From Coriobacteriia bacterium (GTDB taxonomy: Bacteria; Actinomycetota; Coriobacteriia; Anaerosomatales; PALSA-660), in contig JAUSBS010000100.1 in assembly GCA_030651905.1 (NCBI GenBank), positions 19,892 to 83,891 of the forward strand: a stretch of DNA of 64,000 bases. The letters run 5' to 3'. Shown one piece after another: positions 55,986 to 63,865 of this stretch (position 1 is the stretch's first letter; each line of letters opens with the position of its first letter). Both the position numbers and the translations under genes were made by a program. The notes below the pieces were generated by a model. The model was not told the origin of the DNA and did not search any database. It worked only from the letters and a program-made list of their open reading frames with translations.

Positions 55986-56708
55986 TTACTCACTCGCGAC
56001 GGGGACCGCGTTCAGGGGAACCGACGCGTGCTCCGAAGCAGGCGCCTTCGTCCGAAGCAGAACCACACCCACCCAGGCGAACCACACGATCTGGAGCAGC
56101 CCGAACGCGTAGGTCGCATCCTTGAGCGGCGGCATGACCGAGACAAGGCCGGCCATCCCGACGGCGACGCCGAGCCAGCCGAGGGCCTTGGGCAGAAGGC
56201 CGCTCCGCAGGGCGACCCAGCTCACCAGCAGGACCCATAGCCCGCCCAGGAACTCGCCGCCCGCGCTGCCGAGACCCAACGCCACGGGCTCGATCCCCAG
56301 CCACGCCGCGATCGCCTGCGCGGGGTCCGTCTTCGCCAAGGCGACGATGGTGGTCATGCCGTAGGTGTAGATCATGCCGGTGGCCACAAGCGCGGCGGAC
56401 CACAGCAGGGCGACCGCCGTGGCGAGCCGCGCGGCGGTCGGTGCGTGCACCTGCAGACGGTCATGGAGCGCGAACGCCAAGACGGCGAGTGCGATGCCGA
56501 AGACCATGTAGCTGGCCACGTACATCGCGTACATGCTCGGGTAGTTGCCGATGACGAGGGCCACCTTCTCCGCGGCGGTCGTCGCGCCCTGGTAGTCCAC
56601 CACGACAAGGTAATAGGGAAATGCAGCGATGTAGGCCAGTGCGAGGTAGAGCGCCGCGAAGCCGCCCACCTTCCGCGACCCGGCGCTCTGGCGTTCCGAA
56701 GTTCCCAT
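55986..56708 (-). CDS. DUF4386-like membrane protein, paralog 3 (more divergent)
   Basis: 6 TM segments, ...GGFAALYLALAYIAAFPYYL..., GAAGGGAG RBS. Confidence 0.7.
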   Translation of the reverse strand: MGTSERQSAGSRKVGGFAALYLALAYIAAFPYYLVVVDYQGATTAAEKVALVIGNYPSMYAMYVASYMVFGIALAVLAFALHDRLQVHAPTAARLATAVALLWSAALVATGMIYTYGMTTIVALAKTDPAQAIAAWLGIEPVALGLGSAGGEFLGGLWVLLVSWVALRSGLLPKALGWLGVAVGMAGLVSVMPPLKDATYAFGLLQIVWFAWVGVVLLRTKAPASEHASVPLNAVPVASE

Positions 56709-56766
56709 CTGGGTGCTCCCTTCAGTTGGTCGCCGCGCTCTTGCGCGGTCGGCCGTGTGCCGTATA

Positions 56767-56804
56767 CTTACTAAGTAAGCGCAGTATTGTCCTTACTTAG
56801 TAAG
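56767..56804. promoter_or_regulatory. two 13-bp palindromes CTTACT(A/T)AGTAAG (TetR operator candidates)
   Basis: Sites at 56767-56779 and 56792-56804, in the divergent region between the DUF4386 paralog 3 gene and the TetR gene. Confidence 0.5.
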
Positions 56805-56823
56805 TCTGTCAAGCGGGGGTGAC

Positions 56824-57513
56824 ATGATGACCAAGAAGTCCGACACGGACGCCGCCGGGACCGACCCTCGGCCTCCCCTGACCCGGGACCGCATCATCGC
56901 CGCGGCAGTGGCCATCGCCGACGAGCGCGGCCTGGGCGCGGTGACCATGCGCGCGGTGGCGTCGCGGCTCGGCGTGGAGGCGATGTCGCTCTACAACCAC
57001 GTGGCGAACAAGGACGATCTCCTCGGCGGCATGTCCGAGGCGGCGGTCGAGCAGTTCGATCTACCCCGGGAAGTCGGCGACTGGCGTGAAGCGATGCGCC
57101 GCCGGGCGGTGTCGGCTCACGAGGTCTTCGGCCGGCATCCGTGGGCGCCGCTGCTTCTGGATTCGCGCGACTCGATCGGCCCCGCGGGCCTGCGCTACTT
57201 CGACTGGGTGCTCGGCACGCTGACGGAAGCAGGCTTCGAGATGGAGGACGCGGCGCGCGCGTTCTCGCTCATGGACAGCTATATCTACGGCTTCGGCGCT
57301 CAGCAGATCAACATGTCGGCCGCGGACGATCTCACGCAGGAGGAGCGGGCCGAGGTCCTCCTGTCCTACATCCCGCCCGAGCAGTACCCGTACGTACACC
57401 GGATGGCCACGTACACCATGGAGGCCGGCTACGACGCGGAGACCGACTTCGATTTCGGGCTCGGCATCATCCTCGACGGACTCGAGCGCATGCTCGGCAC
57501 CGCCCGACCCTGA
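56824..57513 (+). CDS. TetR/AcrR family regulator (tetracycline-repressor-like C-terminal domain)
   Basis: LTRDRIIAAAVAIADERGLGAVTMRAVASRLGVEAMSLYNHVANKDDLL. Confidence 0.9.
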   Translation: MMTKKSDTDAAGTDPRPPLTRDRIIAAAVAIADERGLGAVTMRAVASRLGVEAMSLYNHVANKDDLLGGMSEAAVEQFDLPREVGDWREAMRRRAVSAHEVFGRHPWAPLLLDSRDSIGPAGLRYFDWVLGTLTEAGFEMEDAARAFSLMDSYIYGFGAQQINMSAADDLTQEERAEVLLSYIPPEQYPYVHRMATYTMEAGYDAETDFDFGLGIILDGLERMLGTARP

Positions 57514-57559
57514 CGCGGCTTCCCGGCCGACGAGCGGGGACTGGAGATGCAGATGGGCG

Positions 57560-57931
57560 CTAGGCAGGCACGGGCCACGTCCACGCGTACCAGCCGATCA
57601 GCCCGCAGAAGACGACGCTCACAACGATCAGGAAGTTGTCGTATGCGCCTTCGTACGGCAGGCCGGCGAGATTGAAGATCACCGAGAACGCGGCCGCGCC
57701 GAGAGTCACCCAGCGGATGGCCGGATACGGCAGCGTCAAGGACAGCACGAGCATGACTATCGGGACCAGCATGATCACCGCGATCAGCAGCCACACCTGT
57801 GGGCTGACCGGCTTGCCCTGTATCTCCCCGGGCACGACATGGCCGGCGAATATGCGCAGCACATCGCCCAGGAAGTACGTCAGCATCACGGCCACCCACA
57901 GTCCCGCGAGCGTGATCCTCACATCCGGCAC
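57560..57931 (-). CDS. small 4-TM membrane protein (DUF6326-like, tentative)
   Basis: GTG start. Sequence LAGLWVAVMLTYFLGDVLRIF... Confidence 0.65.
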   Translation of the reverse strand: MPDVRITLAGLWVAVMLTYFLGDVLRIFAGHVVPGEIQGKPVSPQVWLLIAVIMLVPIVMLVLSLTLPYPAIRWVTLGAAAFSVIFNLAGLPYEGAYDNFLIVVSVVFCGLIGWYAWTWPVPA

Positions 57932-57934
57932 GGT

Positions 57935-58900
57935 TCACTCACTCCCCTCTACGGAGATGACAACCTTGCCGCGAGCGTGCCCCTCGTCCAGATAGGCGAA
58001 CGCCTGGGCGGTATCGCTCAGCGGGTACGTCCGGTCGATGACCGGAGTGACCTTGCCGGCTTCGATGATCTCCCTGAGTGCGAGCAGAGTCTCGGTGTTC
58101 GTGGCGGCAACGAACGGAGCCACCTGCTGGCGCACGAACATCGCCGACAGCCCCGCAGCGATGATCCAGCCCATACCGGCGTGGCCGCTGCTCGGGACGT
58201 GGACCCCCGTGGGCGTCAGGACGCTACGCGTGGCCGACAGCGAGTGGCTCGCCACGTTGTCCAAGATCACGTCGTAGCGCGCGCTCCCCTTGGTGAAGTC
58301 CTCTTTGGTGTAGTCGATGACATGGTCGGCGCCGATCCCGCGGACCATCTCCACGTTCCCCTTGCTGCACACGCCGGTGACTTCGGCGCCAAGTGCCTTG
58401 GCTATCTGGACGGCGTAGGTCCCCACGCCCCCCGACGCCCCATTGATGAGAACCTTCTGCTCGGGCCCGACCTTGGCGTGGTCGCGCAGTGCCTGTAGCG
58501 CAGTGCAGGCCGATGTGGGTACTGCCGCGGCCTGCTCGAACGACAGGTTCTTCGGTTTGTGCGCGATGCTACCCTGGCCGGCGACCGTGTACTCGGCGCA
58601 CGAGCCGTGGCACTGGCCGTAGACCTCGTCACCGGGCCGGAAGCCGCTCACGTTCGTGCCGATCGCCTCGACGACGCCCGCGAAGTCGAGCCCGACGACG
58701 AAGTCTTTCTTGGGTTTGGGGAACCCGATGTAGAACACGATCGGGAACGGCTTGCCCCGCATCCCGTAGTACTCGCCGGCTGCAAGGGAGGCAGCCACGA
58801 CGCGGACGAGCACCTCGCCGTCGCCCGGCGTCGGCTTCTCAAGCTGCTTGAGCTCCATCACGTCCGCGGACCCGTAGCCCGTCTGTATGATCGCCTTCAT
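57935..58900 (-). CDS. zinc-type alcohol dehydrogenase/NADPH:quinone reductase family
   Basis: MKAIIQTGYGSADVMELKQLEKPTPGDGEVLVRVVAASL..., with the GASGGVGTYAVQIAK NADPH motif. AAGGAG RBS. Confidence 0.9.
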   Translation of the reverse strand: MKAIIQTGYGSADVMELKQLEKPTPGDGEVLVRVVAASLAAGEYYGMRGKPFPIVFYIGFPKPKKDFVVGLDFAGVVEAIGTNVSGFRPGDEVYGQCHGSCAEYTVAGQGSIAHKPKNLSFEQAAAVPTSACTALQALRDHAKVGPEQKVLINGASGGVGTYAVQIAKALGAEVTGVCSKGNVEMVRGIGADHVIDYTKEDFTKGSARYDVILDNVASHSLSATRSVLTPTGVHVPSSGHAGMGWIIAAGLSAMFVRQQVAPFVAATNTETLLALREIIEAGKVTPVIDRTYPLSDTAQAFAYLDEGHARGKVVISVEGSE

Positions 58901-58913
58901 GGCACATCTCCTT

Positions 58914-58961
58914 ACTAACGCTGTTAGTCTCCGATAGCCATACTGTACTAACGGTGTTAGT
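58914..58961. promoter_or_regulatory. two 15-bp palindromes ACTAAC-N3-GTTAGT (TetR operator candidates)
   Basis: ACTAACGCTGTTAGT (58914-58928) and ACTAACGGTGTTAGT (58947-58961), between the divergent reductase and TetR genes. Confidence 0.5.
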
Positions 58962-59694
58962 ATGTCAAGGAAGTCGGTGTCCGGCCTCGGGGAGCGGACC
59001 GTCGAAGGAGGAAGGAGGAGCCACGATCGCTCAGGCAACGGACGGAAGCGCATCGCGACAGACGCTCAACCGTGAGCGCGTGGTGCGCGCGGCGATGGAG
59101 CTCGCGGACGAGGGCGGGATCGGCTCGGTCACCATGCGCGAACTCGGGCGAAGGCTCGGCGTGGAGGCGGCGTCGCTGTACAACCACGTCGCGGGAAAGG
59201 ACGACCTGCTCGCCGGCATGGCGGACCTCGCGGCTGCGGAGATCGATCTACCTTCGGGTGATGTCGACTGGAAGGAAGCGATGCGGCGCCGGGCGATCTC
59301 CGCTCGGGCGGTCTTCCTGCAGCACCGATGGGCCGCGGCGCTCATGGACTCCCGGGTGTGGAGCGGTCCCTACAGCCTGATCTACGCCGACCGAGTCCTC
59401 GGCACGCTCATCCGCGCTGGCTTCTCCCCCGTGATCGCTTCGTGGGCGTTCATCGCGCTCGACAGCTACATCTACGGCTTCGAGCGCCAGCGCTCCAACT
59501 TCTCGCCGAGCGAGGATGTTGACACCATCGAGGTGGCTCAGGACGTCCTCTCAGCGATCCCGGAGGGCGCATTCTCCTCCCTTGCCGCCGTCGCGATGGA
59601 GTACGCCGACAAGCCCTACGACGAAGATGGAGCCTTCGAGTTCGGCCTCGACATGATCCTCGACAGCCTCGAGCGCCGGCTGGGAGCGGACTGA
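58954..59694 (+). CDS. TetR/AcrR family regulator, paralog of 56824-57513
   Basis: LNRERVVRAAMELADEGGIGSVTMRELGRRLGVEAASLYNHVAGKDDLL. The only canonical in-frame start upstream of the HTH is GTG 58954, which lies inside operator 2. A very strong SD AAGGAGGAAGGAGGAG (59005-59020) instead precedes ACG/ATC at 59023/59026. Confidence 0.8.
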   Translation: MLVCQGSRCPASGSGPSKEEGGATIAQATDGSASRQTLNRERVVRAAMELADEGGIGSVTMRELGRRLGVEAASLYNHVAGKDDLLAGMADLAAAEIDLPSGDVDWKEAMRRRAISARAVFLQHRWAAALMDSRVWSGPYSLIYADRVLGTLIRAGFSPVIASWAFIALDSYIYGFERQRSNFSPSEDVDTIEVAQDVLSAIPEGAFSSLAAVAMEYADKPYDEDGAFEFGLDMILDSLERRLGAD

Positions 59695-59721
59695 CCCGGC
59701 GTCGCTTCCTCATGCTCACGT

Positions 59722-60162
59722 CTACGCGCAGCGCACGCGGACCTTCTCGCCGTCCTTGCCGTCGATGTTGATCTCCATCTCACGCAGCGCCTCGATCAGC
59801 TCGTCGATGTCCTCGGGCTTGAGGTTCGAGAAGTCGATCGACATGCCCTTGTCGGCCATCTGCTGCGTGATCTCGTCCATCGCCTGCGGCGGGATGAGCG
59901 ACGTCAACTTCAGCCCCGACCGCACGAGAGCGAGCGGTATCTTCACGTCGACCTTCTCGCCCTCGGTCCCATCCACGTTGACGTAGAGGTACTTCGGCAG
60001 TGCGCTCAGCAGTGGCGTGGGATCGCCCTTGATCACTGAGGCGGCCGGCGTGGAAGCCGTCGGCTTGCGCGATTCCAGCGCGTCGAGCAGACCCTCCGCC
60101 TCATCGGCGCTGATCTTCCCGGCGGCGAGCATGTTCAGGATACGAGCACGGTCCTCACTCAT
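59722..60162 (-). CDS. SHOCT-like (YvlB/LiaX N-terminal type) domain protein
   Basis: MSEDRARILNMLAAGKISADEAEGLLDALE is a SHOCT-like helix pair. AGGTGAGGA RBS. Confidence 0.7.
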   Translation of the reverse strand: MSEDRARILNMLAAGKISADEAEGLLDALESRKPTASTPAASVIKGDPTPLLSALPKYLYVNVDGTEGEKVDVKIPLALVRSGLKLTSLIPPQAMDEITQQMADKGMSIDFSNLKPEDIDELIEALREMEINIDGKDGEKVRVRCA

Positions 60163-60178
60163 CTTCCTCACCTTTCCC

Positions 60179-60460
60179 TTACACGAGATCGAGATCGACG
60201 ATCGTCTTGTCCGAATGGATGCGCACCACGGTGCCCCGCGTCGCCCCGAGCACGCCGAAGCAGCTGAGCAGGAGCAGTGTGTAGTGGTGGTAGCGCTGGC
60301 CGGCGAAGAACAGCACGACGTCGACCAGCATGGTGATCACCAGCACGAGCGCCACGAGGGGCAGCAGGATCAACCACACCAGGAAGAGCGGCAGCCACAG
60401 CCCGATCCCGGGCCGCTCCAGCGTGCCGACTCGCAGGTACAGCAGCATGGGCGGGAACAT
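60179..60460 (-). CDS. small 2-3 TM membrane protein
   Basis: Middle gene of the DUF2089 operon. Sequence WLPLFLVWLILLPLVALVLVITMLVDVVLFF. Confidence 0.6.
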   Translation of the reverse strand: MFPPMLLYLRVGTLERPGIGLWLPLFLVWLILLPLVALVLVITMLVDVVLFFAGQRYHHYTLLLLSCFGVLGATRGTVVRIHSDKTIVDLDLV

Positions 60461-60834
60461 CAGCGCCTCAACCTCTGCGCAGCCTCGTTCGCCGAGATCT
60501 CGCCGCGCTCCAGCATGGCGAGCACGTCCTCGTCACCCAGCGAAGCGGGCGCCTCGACCGCCACCTCCACCAGGCTCAGCTGGGCGGCGATGCGGTTCAG
60601 GCGGTTCTTCACCGTGGGGTAGCTCACGCCGAAGGCCTTCTCCATATCCTTGATCGAGCCGTGACTGCGCACGAACTCGCTCACGAACACGTGGTCCTCA
60701 TAGCGCAGTCTGGCAAGGGGCGGCAGCTCGAACTCGCCCTCGATCGCCACGCCGCTCTTCTCGAGCCGCACGCGCGTGATCACGAAGGGCTGCTCCCCCG
60801 TCAGGTCCGTCAGTTCGTGCCACTCGTTGCTCAT
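60460..60834 (-). CDS. DUF2089 domain protein (putative DNA-binding)
   Basis: ...ITRVRLEKSGVAIEGEFELPPLARL...FVSEFVRSHGSIKDMEKAFGVSYPTVKNRLNRI. GGAGGTG RBS precedes ATG 60834. Confidence 0.8.
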   Translation of the reverse strand: MSNEWHELTDLTGEQPFVITRVRLEKSGVAIEGEFELPPLARLRYEDHVFVSEFVRSHGSIKDMEKAFGVSYPTVKNRLNRIAAQLSLVEVAVEAPASLGDEDVLAMLERGEISANEAAQRLRR

Positions 60835-60869
60835 CGCGTCCACCTCCGTGGATCCGGTCCTTCGAGGGA

Positions 60870-60898
60870 ATGATAGGACGCGAGATTGAGAAAGTCAA
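60870..60898 (-). promoter_or_regulatory. candidate promoter TTGACT-17-TATCAT of the DUF2089 operon
   Basis: The minus strand reads GGACTTGACTTTCTCAATCTCGCGTCCTATCAT, about 35 nt upstream of ATG 60834. Confidence 0.4.
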
Positions 60899-61048
60899 GT
60901 CCTCGCTTAACATACTCAAGCCTTGGTAGCCTTTCGCATCATACTTCGATGTCTTCATCACGTGCTTTCGCTGATTGGCCGCGCGAAGCGGCGGGAATAC
61001 TCGACCAGAGCGAACACACAGCTGGGTCCTAAACCCCTGGGAGCGAAC

Positions 61049-61483
61049 ATGGATGAGTCGGACACGAGCCAAGGCTCGTCGGCATCGGAGCTGATCTCGA
61101 GAAGGATCGCCGATCTCGGCGACTGGCGCGGGGAGACCCTTGGCATGATGCGCCGGCTCATCATGGAAGCGGACCCGGATGTCATCGAGGAGCTGAAGTG
61201 GGTGAAGCCCTCGTCCCCGGGCACTCCGGTCTGGTCGCACGACGGCATCATCTGCACCGGCGAATCCTACAAGGGCGTCGTGAAACTCACCTTCGCCAAG
61301 GGTGCGTCTCTGAAGGATCCGGCCCGTCTCTTCAACGCGAGTCTCGACGGGAACGCACGCCGCGCGATCGACATCCACGAAGGAGAGAAGGTCGACGCGT
61401 CCGCCTTCAAGGCGCTCGTTCGCGAAGCGGTCGCACTCAACGGTTCCGGGAAGTCGAGCGCCTCGAAGAAGGCGGGGTCCTGA
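61049..61483 (+). CDS. DUF1801 (YdhG-like) domain protein
   Basis: ...DWRGETLGMMRRLIMEADPDVIEELKWVKPSSPGTPVWSHDGIICTGESYKGVVKLTFAKGASL. Confidence 0.8.
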   Translation: MDESDTSQGSSASELISRRIADLGDWRGETLGMMRRLIMEADPDVIEELKWVKPSSPGTPVWSHDGIICTGESYKGVVKLTFAKGASLKDPARLFNASLDGNARRAIDIHEGEKVDASAFKALVREAVALNGSGKSSASKKAGS

Positions 61484-61512
61484 CGGATCGCGTTCGGAAG
61501 GTGGGAGTCTGT

Positions 61513-61872
61513 ATGACTGAGAGCAAGGCCGCGAAGAAGGTCGACGGCGAGGCCGCGGCACTCGAGAAGATCGCGGCGATGCCGGGACCCTATCGCGCCA
61601 TGGGCGAGCGCATCCACGCGCTCATCCGGAGCAGCGCACCCGCGCTTCAGCCGACGACGTGGTACGGAATGCCGGCGTACGCGAAGGACGGTAAGGTCAT
61701 CTGCTTCTTCCGCGCGGATACGTACATGACGTTCGGCCTCACCGACAAGGCGAACCTCGCGCTCGAAGACGGCGCGCCGCATCAGCTGCGCGGATCCTCA
61801 TGGTTCTTCACTGCGCTGGACGACGCGACCGAGTCCGAGCTCGCCGCCATCGTGCGCAGGGCCGCGAGCTGA
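61513..61872 (+). CDS. DUF1801 (YdhG-like) domain protein, second type
   Basis: ...YRAMGERIHALIRSSAPALQPTTWYGMPAYAKDGKVICFF... Confidence 0.75.
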   Translation: MTESKAAKKVDGEAAALEKIAAMPGPYRAMGERIHALIRSSAPALQPTTWYGMPAYAKDGKVICFFRADTYMTFGLTDKANLALEDGAPHQLRGSSWFFTALDDATESELAAIVRRAAS

Positions 61873-61906
61873 TATTCGCGGCGACCTACACAACGCAGCA
61901 CACGAA

Positions 61907-62590
61907 TCAGTCACCGATCCCCCCGAGCTGCTCGACGATGTCCGCCGCAGTCGTCACGTGCGCGAAGCCGAATGCCAGGTTCAGAAGGCTCGCAACGTGC
62001 ATCTCCTCGGTGATCGAGCCGGTCGCATCGGCCGGGAAGAAGACCCGGTAGTCCCGGTAGTAGGCGTCTCTCGCCGTCGATTCGCAGCACATATTGGTCA
62101 TGATGCCGGTGACGACGAGGTCCTCCACCTTCAGGCAGCGCAGCACGGTCTCCAGGTCGGTGTTGTAGAACGCGGAGTAGCGGTGCTTGAGGACGACCTT
62201 CTCGCCGGGTAGCGGAGCCAACTCCGGATGGATGGCGCTCTCCGCGCTGCCTTCGAGGCACTTGCCCTCCCACCACCAACCCATGATCCCGGAGTCGAGG
62301 TCGCCGGGATGGTGGACGTGTTGCGTGAAGATCACCGGACGGCCGGCGAGGCGAAAGGAGGCCACCAGATGCTTCAGCGTCGGGAGGATCGCCAGCCCGC
62401 CGCACGTGAAGCTCGGCGACGCCTCTTCCAGGAAGAAGCGCTGCATGTCCACCACGATCAGAGCGCTGGCGGAGACGTTCAGACGCATCTCATGCTGGTT
62501 GTATGGCCGGATCCGCTCCAACCATGCGGATGCCTTCGATCCGATGTCCTCGGCCGTCGCGTATGGCGGTGTGATGTCAGAACTCCCCAT
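61907..62590 (-). CDS. isochorismatase-family cysteine hydrolase
   Basis: ALIVVDMQRFF..., LVVTGIMTNMCCESTARDA (catalytic Cys). GGGGAGG RBS precedes ATG 62590. Confidence 0.85.
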   Translation of the reverse strand: MGSSDITPPYATAEDIGSKASAWLERIRPYNQHEMRLNVSASALIVVDMQRFFLEEASPSFTCGGLAILPTLKHLVASFRLAGRPVIFTQHVHHPGDLDSGIMGWWWEGKCLEGSAESAIHPELAPLPGEKVVLKHRYSAFYNTDLETVLRCLKVEDLVVTGIMTNMCCESTARDAYYRDYRVFFPADATGSITEEMHVASLLNLAFGFAHVTTAADIVEQLGGIGD

Positions 62591-62789
62591 GCCGGTGCCT
62601 CCCCTAGCGCGTCGCTTTCTTGAAGACGAGATACCCGAAGAAGACCACGACACCGAGGCTCACGGGCATGATGGCGTTGACCGCGCTGTCGCATGGGCGG
62701 GCAACCACTCCTTGCCGCTCATCTACGAGTCTCCCTCGTCGTCGGTCCCGAACAGATCCTCGAAAGCCACGCCGAACGTCCGCGCGAGC

Positions 62790-63233
62790 CTAGGGTGCGT
62801 CCGGTTGACGCGGTTGCTCGGCACGACGGGCGGCGGAGTCTATCGCGATCGTCGCGATCTTGCCCGCCTCGTACACCTGGATCTCCAACGGTCCGAGCTC
62901 ATCGTCGTAGGCCTCGAGAAACGGATCGACCCCGACCACATCGTCGCCAACGCTGAAGCGCGTTGCCGAGTCGGTCACTGCGACATACGTCACTGGCCGC
63001 TGATCAGCAGACAGCTGAAGGGGCATCTTGAAGACCACCACCGTGTCCGGCTTGCCCACAGCTATGGAGTTCTCGCGCTCCCAGCGATAGCGCCCGATGG
63101 GTAGCCGTCTGCGCAGCCTGATCCCAAGCTTGAAGAGTGCGATCCCGAACAGGTCCTTCTTGAGCGCCCAGAAGAACACCTCCAAGGCGACCAGGAGGAG
63201 GACAAGGAGGGCGACGGCACCTACGAAGGACAC
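62790..63233 (-). CDS. membrane-anchored hypothetical protein
   Basis: GTG 63233 is preceded by AAGGAGGAG at 5-nt spacing. N-terminal TM VSFVGAVALLVLLLVALEVFFW. The ORF-track start at 63290 is less likely. Confidence 0.55.
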   Translation of the reverse strand: MSFVGAVALLVLLLVALEVFFWALKKDLFGIALFKLGIRLRRRLPIGRYRWERENSIAVGKPDTVVVFKMPLQLSADQRPVTYVAVTDSATRFSVGDDVVGVDPFLEAYDDELGPLEIQVYEAGKIATIAIDSAARRAEQPRQPDAP

Positions 63234-63454
63234 CTCTTCTCCTCCTTGGCCGATCGGAAGGTGATGTTGCCCGGGATCGGTGCGTCCCACCCGACGTATC
63301 GGGCATCACCGCTATCCGTTGGCTGACATGGTAGCCGATGGACGTGCGGCGGCGGGGCCATCCCGTATCCGGCCAACAGCGCGTCGATGATGCCGCCCCG
63401 GGGTATGGGGACAGTAGAGCGGATGGATCCGACCTCGGGAAGCGGAGGCATCAC

Positions 63455-63865
63455 ATGTCCACAGGAAAGCTGAGCCTTCTATACGGTGCCTGCACGATCG
63501 CGTTCTTCGCGATCGACTTCGTGTGGCTGTCGATCATGAACTCCCGCTTCTACCAGCCGAAGCTCGGCGCCCTCATGGCCGCACAGCCCAAGCTGGCGGT
63601 CGCGGCCGGCTTCTACCTGCTGTACGTGGTCGGCATCGTGGCGCTCGCGGTCGTGCCCGGACTCCGTGAGGGAGCCGTCCTGGGCGCTCTGTGGCGCGGG
63701 GCGCTCTTCGGGCTTCTCGCGTATGCGACCTACGACCTGACGAACCTGGCCACCATCCAGGGCTGGCCCTGGGAGCTCGCGGTCGTCGACATGATCTGGG
63801 GTACCACGGTGACCGGCGTGGTGTCGGTCATCGGCTACTACGTCGGACGGCAGCTCGGCGCCTAG
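63455..63865 (+). CDS. DUF2177 membrane protein
   Basis: MSTGKLSLLYGACTIAFFAIDFVWLSIMNSRFY... resembles the DUF2177 N-terminal pattern. GGAGG RBS. Confidence 0.8.
   Translation: MSTGKLSLLYGACTIAFFAIDFVWLSIMNSRFYQPKLGALMAAQPKLAVAAGFYLLYVVGIVALAVVPGLREGAVLGALWRGALFGLLAYATYDLTNLATIQGWPWELAVVDMIWGTTVTGVVSVIGYYVGRQLGA

Noticed and set aside
60893-60927. Perfect CTTGAGT half-site (minus strand, about 60921-60927) near the DUF2089 promoter as a second HspR operator
   Set aside because: The partner half-site at N7 spacing is absent; ACTTGAC lies 12 nt away. TTGACT is better explained as the -35 box.
62591-62722. Tiny minus-strand ORFs upstream of the isochorismatase gene (MSGKEWLPAHATARSTPSCP and MPVSLGVVVFFGYLVFKKATR)
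   Set aside because: They are 20-21 codons with no convincing SD at correct spacing, and three frames are open here because of GC content. They cannot be supported from sequence alone.
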